From the IMG/VR virus record IMGVR_UViG_3300025141_012665, positions 1 to 64,000 of that record: a stretch of 64,000 bases of DNA. One strand, written 5' to 3'. The notes beneath the pieces are model-generated. The model saw only the letters and a program-made list of their open reading frames with translations. It did not search any database and was not told the DNA's origin. A program made the position numbers and the translations under genes. Each line of letters opens with the position of its first letter. The first letter of the stretch is position 1. Source of the stretch: a virus. Below, piece after piece: positions 17,494 through 27,784 of the stretch.

Positions 17494-20400
17494 TATAAGT
17501 TGCCTCCACCGGTGATGCTGTGGCTGGTACCAGTACTGGTGGTTTTCAAGAAATGAGTTCCATGCTCTCTGTCTCTGGCCGTGGGGATTACAGCATTGTT
17601 AATCCAGTTTCCCTGTTGCCGCCAGAGGATAGGTTCCACTTTTTCAGCAATGGCTTCGGGGTATCTAGCATAGAGATATCCGGAGCCGGCGGCGGACAAC
17701 GCTGAGGACACCGCGGCTAGGCCCATGATTAGGACGCCGGCGGCGCCACCGGTCATGATGGCCGCGACGGTACCCCCGATAATGATAAGAATAGAGGAGA
17801 GGAGAGAAGTAAAGCTACCCCAATTGAACTCGTCGACGCCTTCATCGATGGCGAGGTCGTTAGCATAATCATCCCATACGCCGGTGAGGGATTTATTGGA
17901 AGAGGCCATGAAGTTGGCCCACTCTGCGGAGCGCTGTGCTTTCTTGTCTTCGTCTGTGACTAAATTACTGGTGAATGCGCTGATGTTATTGGTGATTCCG
18001 GCGGGGCCTGTACTGAGAATGGATTGGAACTGCGCTGCGCCGGCGGAGGTACCGCCAACTGTGCCTAGTGTCGCGCCAAACCAAGCTTCAGCTTCAGCGT
18101 TCAATTTTGCTTGCACTGCATCTTTGAGCTTCATTTCTTCCACTCCGAACTCAATCTCCGGTTCAAGGCTCGCCATCTCAACAATTGAGCAGAAGTCATA
18201 TGGCCAGTTATAGCTATACTCCGGTATATCTGCATATGCCGAATGTTGGGCGTTGCCCATGGTACCAAAATAGTCTGTCTTTGCTCTTTGTTTCGCTTTA
18301 AACACCATCCATCTCACCTCTGATTTGATCCCAGAGCGCTCTGTAGTGGTAGCTTGTAGGTTAGCAACTGACTTCCAATTCCCCATTAATTCATTTGTAA
18401 ACAGCTCGTGAGAGACTGTTGCTCGCGCCGACTCTGCCTTGACGCCAAGTTTTGGCGGCAAGTTCTGCCAAATGTGCGAGAGATCATCTTTATCAAGTTT
18501 ATGCTCGAACTCAAAGATATACATGGCGATTTTCTTGGCTGTATCGTTTCTAGTGAAATCGAATTTTGGCGGTATAACATATTTTTGCATCTTGATCATC
18601 TGATCTGCTATGGATGGGCCTGGCATTACGCCAGAGTCATCAGGTGGCAGGGTGAAAAACTTTCTCCTTCCTTTTTTAATAATAAACGGTATTGCAACTA
18701 TAGCTTCCCAAATCTTTTTTGATCCTCGCAATTTGCCGAATTTTTTAGGGGCAGTACCAAAGCCACAAACATCGATCAATGAACCCATACTTTGAACCGA
18801 ATAATCCGATCCAAACGCAGAAAAAGATGCTTGGGGCAAATTATACTGATTATAATAAGATATTGTTGAGATGTTTGCCGAGGTGAGATTATCATGGATT
18901 CGCGGGGTTCGATTGTTGGCGCTTATGATGCCAGCAGGATCATGAATCAAGGTTGCGCTTGGATGATTTGCAAGCCAACCATCCGGAATATCAGTAACTT
19001 CAAGAAACACACCTTCGTCGGCTTTTGGAAGGCGACCAAATTGATGCCACATTCCTCTCGGTATGGTGCTGCTAGCATCCAGAGAATCTCGCGGCGTGAA
19101 AGTACCATCTGAAGAAGTAACATGGTTAAAATTAAGCATTGGGGTTTCGAATTTAGACTCGATAGACCAGCGAGTCCCGTCCTGCTTGAAAATGTTCAAA
19201 CTTGCATCGCCTTGCATTGCCCAATTGTTAATATAGCTCCCGCCGGCGGGCCCTATTCCAGCCGCGTTGTACCGGTGATAAGAGCTTGGTATCGCTGAAC
19301 CTAGGTTTCTGCCCAGCTCCTCTTGATCATAGCGCCAATACCTAACAAAAGTTCCATCTCCTGGTGTACCTCCATCTCCAGAGTTGAACACGGCGGCGTT
19401 GGCCAGAGAGAAAATCTCAGTCATTGTTGGCTGGTATGCTGGATATTCGACATCACTTCCAGAGACCATGGCCCATGTGTGCGGCCTGGTCGGGTGGCTG
19501 CTGGAAACAGCAACTAATCCCTTGGAGTAGTGCACTATGTCAATCCATGATTCTCCATCATAATATGGAGGAGTGTGGGAACCGTATATGCCGTTATCAG
19601 AACCAAATTCGAAAATAGATCCACTGGCCCGATACATGCCGGCGTTGTTGGTGGGCATGACTCCGGCAAGGGGCGGACCGAAAGCAGACGGACGGCTGTA
19701 CATTGTAAAATTCTCTCTCGGCGTTGCATTGTTGCTCCCCGCGCCCATGGCTCGCATCTGCGTGGCCTCGTAATCTCCAATTTCGACGACTTCAGGCTCA
19801 TATGCGCTAAACAATGCCGCATTTTGTGGAAGTGGAAATTCTCCCCATGGACCGGTCGGGGGCTTAACAGAGTTCATACTTCGGCGAATCTTGATTCTCA
19901 TACCATATGGTCTGCCGGGCGTTATGGACAACCATTCTGACTCTGGCTTTGATTTAAGCGATGTTGTGGTACCACCTTTCATAAAGAAACTTGTTGTCTC
20001 CGCCAAGAAATTGTGCATCATATATTTATATAAATTGTTGCCCCGGCCGGCCCAGGATGATGTAGCATCCACCCAACAGTAGGGGCTAGGCTCGTCATCG
20101 GCGATATTAACATACGACATATAGCGTTCTGGTTCCAGAAGCGCTTCGAATGGTATTCTCTTATCCCAGCCATGGCCGTGATCGTAGGTTGCAGCTACTG
20201 GCCTAGAGTTACTAGCTATAGCAAATGAAGCAGAATAAAGTTGTTGTTGATATTCGCCGGTTGCGGTGGCGGGATCAGTATAGGCGCTGTTCAGGTCGAA
20301 GATGGGCCGTTTGGCGAATGAGCCGGTCATAATCGGGTAATCAACGGCAATGCCTGATTTGATGGTATTATAAAGGATTCCCGGTGCGAAGAGTGGCGTA

Positions 20401-23400
20401 ACAAATGACCTTAAGGCCGCGGCCTGGGCGCGGTTGGCGCCCGTATATTTAATGTGGCTACCATACGATTTCGAGAATTGTGACGCCATCTGCAAAGTTC
20501 TCTCTGCTGGATAGAACCCATCATATGCGATGAATTTCTTAATTGCCTTGCATTTTATCGTTATAGACCATGGCTCAACAAAGTCCTTGTGGTCGTCTTT
20601 TATGATATCAAAATGTTTAAGGAAGTCTGAATTTGTAAACACTTTATAGAATTTATCTTCTGACTCGTTTTGCGGTATATTAGATCCAGTTGGCGCGCCT
20701 GGTATTTGTAAAGCTATCGGATTCGTCACTGTGAAATCATAATCATTGTTCTTATAGAAACTCATATGCTCGCTTATGCGAAACTCTGGAATGATGGACA
20801 TCGCCTGTCCTTTTGATCTTATCTCGGAAAACCATTCATCATAAGTATCAGCGAATGGGGCCCGGGCCGAGGCGGTGAACGCGCTTGCGGTACCATAAGC
20901 TCTCCCTGCTTTGGTGCCTGCTTCCCATTTCGCCTGTCCTCGGAACATTGAACCTTTATGTAGGCCGAAGTTGTAGTCTGAAATACCAGGGGTTCTCAAG
21001 TGGTTTTGAACTCCAACCATACCCCACCGCGGTATAACTGAGGCTGTTGTTGGCATTATGTGGTATCGAGAGTATAGAGGGCCGCCTCTTAAGAACTTCC
21101 GGCCGCCGCCTTGTCGACTGCCTGAGTGGAACTGCACATTTCGATTTTGCAACTCACCGGGCTTATAGCCCGTTGCAGCATGGCCAACTAACCCACCAGT
21201 GACCGGATATGTCGTCTGCGTCTGTTCTGCAAAAGTTTCATCGGCATCAAGGGCCCAAGCACTCTGTGCAAGGACATAACCCATGGAATTTCTATCCTTC
21301 TTGGTTGCTGCAAGAGTTGTCCTGTCTGTTCTGCTGTCTCTCCAGAAGTTATTCTGATAGCCTGTTCTGCCGCGGACCTTGTTTGTATATGAATTGGCGA
21401 TTGACGGATATACCACCTCTGAATAGTGAACCCTTCTTACTCCAACTACTGGACTGGTTGTGGAGTCCAGTGCGCCGTAAAGATACATTTTCTTTATCTC
21501 ATCATAAGAAGAGAACCCTCTCCTTGCCTTAATTCCAGTCTTTTGGTTGAAATTATTATCATCAAAGTATGTTATGCCGTTTGCATATGTTGATCTGACC
21601 ACAACGGCCTTGATATAATCAGCGCTGACTTCGATAGTGCGCCTCACTCCAGACTTAACCAACAACTGCTGTGTAATTGGTTTACACCTAGAAGTAACAA
21701 CGGACTGAGAAATAAATAGTGATGATGCATATTTGTCCCTAACAGTCATGAGGCCATTTGGAGTGCTTACGGTTTTTTCGACACCCCCAAGTGGAGTGTG
21801 GGTATAGATATTGTTTCTACGATAAAATCTTGCTAGAGCGCCTTCGCCAACCCTAATTTGCTTCCAAGTTGGGTGACCGTATGGGCCGTTGCGGTGGGAG
21901 AGAATAGAATTTAGCGCATATGCATCGTCGCGGAAAGTTTTGTTTGTCGCGGTCCAATAGCCAATTCTTTGTAAGAACGATTCGGGGTTTGATGTTGCCA
22001 GAGCATAGGCGCCCATGTCGGCCCAGTTATAATAATTGTAAGAAGATGCCGGTAAAGCATACCCTAGGGTAAAATCTGAACCCGATATTGGCTCTACTAT
22101 AGATGTATTAAGCCCAACAAAATCAACGGGCGTAAACTCGGCAGGATTAGTAGCTCTCGCATACGGTACCGGCACAGTCCCAACAGCGCTACCTAAGAGA
22201 TTTTCCGCACCCATGGCGCTGGAACTAACAAAGCTCACAGCAGCGACCAATCCCGCGGATGAGGACGCAAGACCATCTTTTGGGAAATAGCCAAGAGATT
22301 CTGGATCACTGCTCAAGACGGACGCATTTATCCAAGTATATTGCCTATCAGATCTTGGAATCATGTGTTGAACATAATAGTTATCATACATAGAGCCAGT
22401 TCCACACGCCGCGGCGTTGCCTCCGAATTGGTCATTTGTATAGACTATTCGCTGAAGTTTATTTGCGTTAACCTTGTGATAGCTCGCAGTGGTATTCAAA
22501 GTATAATATTCAGCCTCTGAAATGAAAGAACCGGAACGAATTCCAAATTGTTCAGATCTCTCGACCAATTGAGACTGCAATGGTTGTCGAATTACAAGAT
22601 TTCTGTAATTTAAATTATTATATGGAGAATATTGTGCAGACGAGAAATCCAAACCAGAGCCGCCGGCTGCATCACCCATGGTAGCTGGATCTCCAGGAGC
22701 AGAAAATCTTTCAACAATAACATGAGGCGTCTTTCTTCTCGTGGGCTTTGTGTAGTCCACCAGATCTGAAAACACCTCTGTTCCGGCGCTAGCGCTACTG
22801 TACCCTTCATTTCTGACGAAATCACTTTTATTAATAGACCGGTCAGAAGTCTGCACAATTTCATAAGTATTTGAATAGTTTCCTAGAATAGCAGAGGCCG
22901 TTGAATACTGTACATTCTTGATATTAACCGGTCGTTTGGCCAGGCCATCACGATGATAACTAGCATACGCCGGCGGGTAATGCATGGAACTTCTGGTTGT
23001 AAAGGTATTTCCGTTATGTACCTCCCATGCTTCTGGGCGGTTGTCGGAAGAAGTTAGTGCAGGGTTTATAGTGGGAGAAATATGCCTATGTTGCTTTCCT
23101 CCAACATGCTCACCAGTAAAGGGGCCCTGCATTGGAGTTTCGTATGATGGACCATAGACATCTGTATGATAGCCTGCGAACTCTACATTGCTAGTGTTGG
23201 ATATGTATCCGGTGGTCGCAGATGAACTGTACAGTACCACTGGAGAGAACACCTCGGCTTTTCCATCTCCTTCAAATTCTCCGCTTATAGAAGAGTTGTC
23301 TGTTGTTGTTTGTTCAAACCTTCTTTTTGTTTCGACAATAGGCTTCCCAGTTTCAGCCGCGGCAATATCCTTAAAGCTACCTTTCGAAACCTTCAAGCTC

Positions 23401-26400
23401 GTAGGGGAGCCCGGTCGGATGATATTGGCCACAAGATCAGGTTTTTGTGATCTTGGAAAGTTATAGCCGCCATGGATAAGTCGATCAGGAGATGATTTAA
23501 TATCCGCAGTAAGCTTAAACGGGGAAGATAGCTGCCTCAAAGAATAAGAGGATCCCTGATATCTGTCTGTTCCCTGCCCGCCAAAGTGCTCTTTACTATA
23601 AGAAGAAGAATTAAAACTCAGTATAATATCGTTAATGGATCCTCTGGCGCTGTTTATCGATGTGGATGTTCCGAAGCGTGCATTGTCCCTACCTGCTCTT
23701 TCTCTCCACCAAAGAGCATTTGTGCCCTGAGCATCACTTACGGGGGCGTGGCCATGTTTCCAGTCATAGGCAAGCTCCCCTATTCCTTTCACGCCCCCCT
23801 CAACCCCCTCAATCGCCGTGGCCGCGGTATTTAGATCGTTGACCATCGGATATTGGTGCCGGTAGCTACTTCTTTCGAAAATGTGGCTCTCAACAACAGT
23901 TCTGATCTCGTCTGCAACATTTGCTGAAGCTGGAACTAGCTGCTGGATCATTACAGACAAAGAATTATCGATCCATTTATAGTAATCGATAAACTTGTCG
24001 AGATCCGGATTGTTCTCGATTTTCTCAAAGAATAGTGCGCGCAACCTGTCTAAGTCTTTGTAGCCGCTGCGATATTTGCTTGTTACTTCGCCAATAAGAT
24101 TATTAAACTCAACAATCGTTCCGAATATATTTAACATCTCCTGAGAGATTATTCCGTACATGCTCTTTTCAAAAGCAAAGAATGTCTGTGAAACTGCGGG
24201 ATCGCTGGGGAAAAGATCGTCGTCCTGCGACAACACATTAACTGCATCATCACTATTAACTACTTCCGGCAGTCTTTGCTTTGAAGATGCGACATAATTC
24301 TTATCAACGACTTTAGCGGAGCTTGTTGTAGAAGGGAAATATCCGCGGCCGGCGTACATATTGGCTATGATGTGCGATAAGTTTCCGTCACTTGGATAAC
24401 GAGATCGAAGAGATACGGATCCTGAACAAGCGTCGTCAACCTCAAACTGACCAAGCGCATCAGAGCCGGTTATTTGTGAGAAGTCCCAGTGCAAGGCCAG
24501 CGTTTCACTCTCTAAGAGTTCATTGTTGTCGACCTTATAATCTGTGGAGTCTGCGGCAAATATGGTATTACGGGCAGGATGAAGAACACCAAAGTTTTCT
24601 GGATCCAGAGAGTGTGCCTTAATTACGGCATCATTAAGATATGTGGCCCAATGGCGCACTGATGATATTTTTACATCTGTATTTGTTGCGATGGCGCCGG
24701 TGAAGTTGGTTCGTGAGGCTCCAGCATAGTATCTCCTATGTCCGGTCAAGAATTTATCATTGAGACCCGATGCAGTTAAGGAAAATTGATTTTTGACTAC
24801 GCCATATTCAGTATTGTATCCGATAAACTCCATTTTAACATCATTGGGGGTACCAGATCCAGTGATGCCCGTAGAATAGGGCCACTTTGCATCTTTGAAT
24901 CTAACTGCGAAGTTCCACTTTTGATTATCATATACATTGCTGTATACACTACTAGTCAGGCTAAATCCCGGAAGCGCGCTTGAGGTTATCTGGAAATATA
25001 CATCTTTTGATTCTTCATGTGTCCGGACAGCGTAAATTTCAAAGTTTTGATCGAGTATAGTGTTGGCCGGCCAATTGAACTTGGATGGATCCGCTGAAGC
25101 CGTGTGGTAGCCGAAGATTGATGCGGACAAAAACGGAGTATAGAAATGGCCAGTGTCTGAAAATTCGAGTTTTCGTGGGAAGATGACCTCCACCTCTGCC
25201 GTGTTTGCAAAGTTGGCGTTTGTTCCGGAAACATAGGTCACATCAGTAGTTTCAGTATTACTAGAAGAATTCTGATATACCGTTCCGCCGAAACGATCAA
25301 GGCTGTTAAAATCGATATAATTTTTTCTTATTGTGCTATTATAATATGTATCATCGAGCTTAAATGTCGTATTGTTGCCGTAAGCATTAAATTTGATAAC
25401 TTCATCCCCAAGCCCATAGCAGTGAATGAGGTTGCGGAACGCTTTTTCAGTTCCTTTTGATTTATAAATAAAGATAAGGTTGTTGTATATGTTCTGATAA
25501 ATTTGATTCTTTACATCATTTATATCAACAGAGTATTCTTTATCATCTTTTCGATTCGCGAAATGCTCAAGGATGCTAGCTTCGACGAATATTTCTGGTG
25601 CATAAAGCCCTTGTGAACTCAACAAGTGATCTGAAAACGGTACCGTTTTCATATGACTGGCTGTTGGATATGAAGCTTCTGCGAATTCTGAAAGGCTCTC
25701 CACCTGTAAATGCAGAGTATCAAAATATGATCCCATAATCTGCGTAATTTTATCTAAGTGGCCGGCGCCGTTAAGTTCCTCATCTTCTTGGATCCACGAA
25801 GGAATAGAATCTTTTATGCTCGCATTGTTCTGATTATCATATACACTGCCGGTTGCAGCAAGCGTATTATAAAGAGATTGAACCTCGTCATGATGCGAGT
25901 ATATAATCGGATCTTCAAATTCTGATGGGGCTGCGGAGGCGGAGATGATGGCCGATCCAGTGTTTCTAGCATTGCTGCTTGGGTACCCAACCCAGTCTCC
26001 ATTTGAAATGCGGCCGGAGTAATCTAAAACAGATCTATCGACTGAGCTTGTGCCCGTAATTCCTTCGTTGAACTTATAATAAACGCCCAATTCGGCGTTC
26101 GCAATGTCCTTGTTTGTTCCGCCGCGAACTTGAGTCCACCAGTTTCTCTGAATATCTCTTTCTGTTCTTTTGCTTTTCCAATAGCGGAACTCGTCAAGAG
26201 AGCCAGAAAACTTACCATATCCAGTCATATTAAGCGCTGCGCTGGTACCATCAAAATAGGAGTTGCCGGAAGGCGCTGTTTGAAGGGCGCCGATATATGC
26301 GATAAGAGAGCCGGTCACTTGACCAAAGGGAACCGTGGTGGTCGTCTGAGAATCTTGTAGGGTCCCGTTTAAGTAAAAATTTGTCTGCAACTGGTTATCG

Positions 26401-27782
26401 GCCGAACTGGACAGGAATGTGAAAGCAACATGGTTCCAAGTATCTTTTAGGGATGCAGTGGTGGTGGTTGATCCTCCAAAAGACATATCCCATACATTCG
26501 AACCAGAAGCGAGATGAACTTTAAACGGATTCTCTGAGTTGCTGCTACCAGACAAGGTTATCAACAATCGTCCATATCCAACGCTCGATGAGGCGGCCCC
26601 ATTCCAGAGATCAAAGACTGCTTCCTCTGCCGGCCGGGCTCGGTGGGCAACGCGTGATGTGGGGGAGATAAAATCTACTGAGGATGAGAAACTATATGGC
26701 TGATATACCGTGTGGGCGGGCACGGCACTGATAGGGGTATTATGCGGAGGCAGAGAGAAGTAATTGAAAATACCATGATTTCCCGCGGGACCATGAGTCG
26801 CCTGTATTAGCTGAACTACATTGCTCATGGCGCTGGGCTGCGATGCGATTATTTTGCCGTTATGGCCGTTCTCGTGATTAATTGCTGTAACAACCTTAGC
26901 AGCTATAGCATTTGCCGACGAATCGCCAGTGATATCGATGCGCACACGACGAGGATTAGTCAAAGTGGTGCCGGTCTGGGATCCGTCTTGATCATCATCA
27001 AATTGATACTGCCTTCCTGTTCCGTCAGAAGACGACATGACAAGATAGTGGCCGTCGTATTCACTGGGCGTGCTGGAGACGATCATGACCGAGCCTCTAG
27101 CTCGTCCATATTGATAATCTCCTTTTTTGATCCAAAATTCTGTTGAAACTCCTTTCGACAAATCAAATTTAAGGTTTGATTCTCGCGTACCCACTCTGCC
27201 CATGGAATCGACACCTTCGAAGCCATAAATATCAGAGTTGTAAATATTGGAATCATCAAATGTCAATGCCAAAGAGCCAGACATGCCACCGGAGGCGGTA
27301 TGTGGGCCGCCGACAACCTTAATGTATTCTAAGTCTGCGGAGGCAGGGGCACCGAACCCTCCGTGAGGACTATCACCAGCACCAGTTAAAGCAGAACCTG
27401 GGCTTGAAATAGTCCCCCACCCATCAGCAGAAAAATTAATATAACCAGTTGTGCGTGGATATTCATTTTCAAACAAATATAAGTCAAGATATGCTGACTT
27501 ATTAAAGAATTCTTGCTTCTCGCGAGCGGTACCATCATAAGGATATTGATTGTATATGCGAGAAATCGCATCCTTATAGTAGGCCTCGGCCGAACCATAA
27601 TGAACAAAGTTGTTTGGATCGCTGAAATCTACAAGAGGAATAAATCGATCTATTCTTTCTCTTTGTTCTTTTATATTTTCTGAAGACTCTAACTCAGGAG
27701 TATTGCGAACAACCTCTTCTTCGAGGCTGGTTTTTGCAATTATTCCTGTTGTCTTTTCACTGAATAAATCTTTTATGCCCAT
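17493..27782 (-). CDS. Giant (3429 aa) baseplate wedge-like protein (gp7/gpI-like motif) with LamG/concanavalin-like domains
   Basis: IYKSKGTEKAFRNLI resembles the KGT motif of gp7/P2-gpI-type wedge proteins. LamG signature WNHVAFTF..FYLNG..IGA..FSGSLDEFRYW plus a second WNFAVRF domain. Lies downstream of gp25- and gp6-like genes. Confidence 0.7.
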   Translation of the reverse strand: MGIKDLFSEKTTGIIAKTSLEEEVVRNTPELESSENIKEQRERIDRFIPLVDFSDPNNFVHYGSAEAYYKDAISRIYNQYPYDGTAREKQEFFNKSAYLDLYLFENEYPRTTGYINFSADGWGTISSPGSALTGAGDSPHGGFGAPASADLEYIKVVGGPHTASGGMSGSLALTFDDSNIYNSDIYGFEGVDSMGRVGTRESNLKFDLSKGVSTEFWIKKGDYQYGRARGSVMIVSSTPSEYDGHYLVMSSSDGTGRQYQFDDDQDGSQTGTTLTNPRRVRIDITGDSSANAIAAKVVTAINHENGHNGKIIASQPSAMSNVVQLIQATHGPAGNHGIFNYFSLPPHNTPISAVPAHTVYQPYSFSSSVDFISPTSRVAHRARPAEEAVFDLWNGAASSSVGYGRLLITLSGSSNSENPFKVHLASGSNVWDMSFGGSTTTTASLKDTWNHVAFTFLSSSADNQLQTNFYLNGTLQDSQTTTTVPFGQVTGSLIAYIGALQTAPSGNSYFDGTSAALNMTGYGKFSGSLDEFRYWKSKRTERDIQRNWWTQVRGGTNKDIANAELGVYYKFNEGITGTSSVDRSVLDYSGRISNGDWVGYPSSNARNTGSAIISASAAPSEFEDPIIYSHHDEVQSLYNTLAATGSVYDNQNNASIKDSIPSWIQEDEELNGAGHLDKITQIMGSYFDTLHLQVESLSEFAEASYPTASHMKTVPFSDHLLSSQGLYAPEIFVEASILEHFANRKDDKEYSVDINDVKNQIYQNIYNNLIFIYKSKGTEKAFRNLIHCYGLGDEVIKFNAYGNNTTFKLDDTYYNSTIRKNYIDFNSLDRFGGTVYQNSSSNTETTDVTYVSGTNANFANTAEVEVIFPRKLEFSDTGHFYTPFLSASIFGYHTASADPSKFNWPANTILDQNFEIYAVRTHEESKDVYFQITSSALPGFSLTSSVYSNVYDNQKWNFAVRFKDAKWPYSTGITGSGTPNDVKMEFIGYNTEYGVVKNQFSLTASGLNDKFLTGHRRYYAGASRTNFTGAIATNTDVKISSVRHWATYLNDAVIKAHSLDPENFGVLHPARNTIFAADSTDYKVDNNELLESETLALHWDFSQITGSDALGQFEVDDACSGSVSLRSRYPSDGNLSHIIANMYAGRGYFPSTTSSAKVVDKNYVASSKQRLPEVVNSDDAVNVLSQDDDLFPSDPAVSQTFFAFEKSMYGIISQEMLNIFGTIVEFNNLIGEVTSKYRSGYKDLDRLRALFFEKIENNPDLDKFIDYYKWIDNSLSVMIQQLVPASANVADEIRTVVESHIFERSSYRHQYPMVNDLNTAATAIEGVEGGVKGIGELAYDWKHGHAPVSDAQGTNALWWRERAGRDNARFGTSTSINSARGSINDIILSFNSSSYSKEHFGGQGTDRYQGSSYSLRQLSSPFKLTADIKSSPDRLIHGGYNFPRSQKPDLVANIIRPGSPTSLKVSKGSFKDIAAAETGKPIVETKRRFEQTTTDNSSISGEFEGDGKAEVFSPVVLYSSSATTGYISNTSNVEFAGYHTDVYGPSYETPMQGPFTGEHVGGKQHRHISPTINPALTSSDNRPEAWEVHNGNTFTTRSSMHYPPAYASYHRDGLAKRPVNIKNVQYSTASAILGNYSNTYEIVQTSDRSINKSDFVRNEGYSSASAGTEVFSDLVDYTKPTRRKTPHVIVERFSAPGDPATMGDAAGGSGLDFSSAQYSPYNNLNYRNLVIRQPLQSQLVERSEQFGIRSGSFISEAEYYTLNTTASYHKVNANKLQRIVYTNDQFGGNAAACGTGSMYDNYYVQHMIPRSDRQYTWINASVLSSDPESLGYFPKDGLASSSAGLVAAVSFVSSSAMGAENLLGSAVGTVPVPYARATNPAEFTPVDFVGLNTSIVEPISGSDFTLGYALPASSYNYYNWADMGAYALATSNPESFLQRIGYWTATNKTFRDDAYALNSILSHRNGPYGHPTWKQIRVGEGALARFYRRNNIYTHTPLGGVEKTVSTPNGLMTVRDKYASSLFISQSVVTSRCKPITQQLLVKSGVRRTIEVSADYIKAVVVRSTYANGITYFDDNNFNQKTGIKARRGFSSYDEIKKMYLYGALDSTTSPVVGVRRVHYSEVVYPSIANSYTNKVRGRTGYQNNFWRDSRTDRTTLAATKKDRNSMGYVLAQSAWALDADETFAEQTQTTYPVTGGLVGHAATGYKPGELQNRNVQFHSGSRQGGGRKFLRGGPLYSRYHIMPTTASVIPRWGMVGVQNHLRTPGISDYNFGLHKGSMFRGQAKWEAGTKAGRAYGTASAFTASARAPFADTYDEWFSEIRSKGQAMSIIPEFRISEHMSFYKNNDYDFTVTNPIALQIPGAPTGSNIPQNESEDKFYKVFTNSDFLKHFDIIKDDHKDFVEPWSITIKCKAIKKFIAYDGFYPAERTLQMASQFSKSYGSHIKYTGANRAQAAALRSFVTPLFAPGILYNTIKSGIAVDYPIMTGSFAKRPIFDLNSAYTDPATATGEYQQQLYSASFAIASNSRPVAATYDHGHGWDKRIPFEALLEPERYMSYVNIADDEPSPYCWVDATSSWAGRGNNLYKYMMHNFLAETTSFFMKGGTTTSLKSKPESEWLSITPGRPYGMRIKIRRSMNSVKPPTGPWGEFPLPQNAALFSAYEPEVVEIGDYEATQMRAMGAGSNNATPRENFTMYSRPSAFGPPLAGVMPTNNAGMYRASGSIFEFGSDNGIYGSHTPPYYDGESWIDIVHYSKGLVAVSSSHPTRPHTWAMVSGSDVEYPAYQPTMTEIFSLANAAVFNSGDGGTPGDGTFVRYWRYDQEELGRNLGSAIPSSYHRYNAAGIGPAGGSYINNWAMQGDASLNIFKQDGTRWSIESKFETPMLNFNHVTSSDGTFTPRDSLDASSTIPRGMWHQFGRLPKADEGVFLEVTDIPDGWLANHPSATLIHDPAGIISANNRTPRIHDNLTSANISTISYYNQYNLPQASFSAFGSDYSVQSMGSLIDVCGFGTAPKKFGKLRGSKKIWEAIVAIPFIIKKGRRKFFTLPPDDSGVMPGPSIADQMIKMQKYVIPPKFDFTRNDTAKKIAMYIFEFEHKLDKDDLSHIWQNLPPKLGVKAESARATVSHELFTNELMGNWKSVANLQATTTERSGIKSEVRWMVFKAKQRAKTDYFGTMGNAQHSAYADIPEYSYNWPYDFCSIVEMASLEPEIEFGVEEMKLKDAVQAKLNAEAEAWFGATLGTVGGTSAGAAQFQSILSTGPAGITNNISAFTSNLVTDEDKKAQRSAEWANFMASSNKSLTGVWDDYANDLAIDEGVDEFNWGSFTSLLSSILIIIGGTVAAIMTGGAAGVLIMGLAAVSSALSAAGSGYLYARYPEAIAEKVEPILWRQQGNWINNAVIPTARDREHGTHFLKTTSTGTSHSITGGGNL

Positions 27783-27784
27783 CT

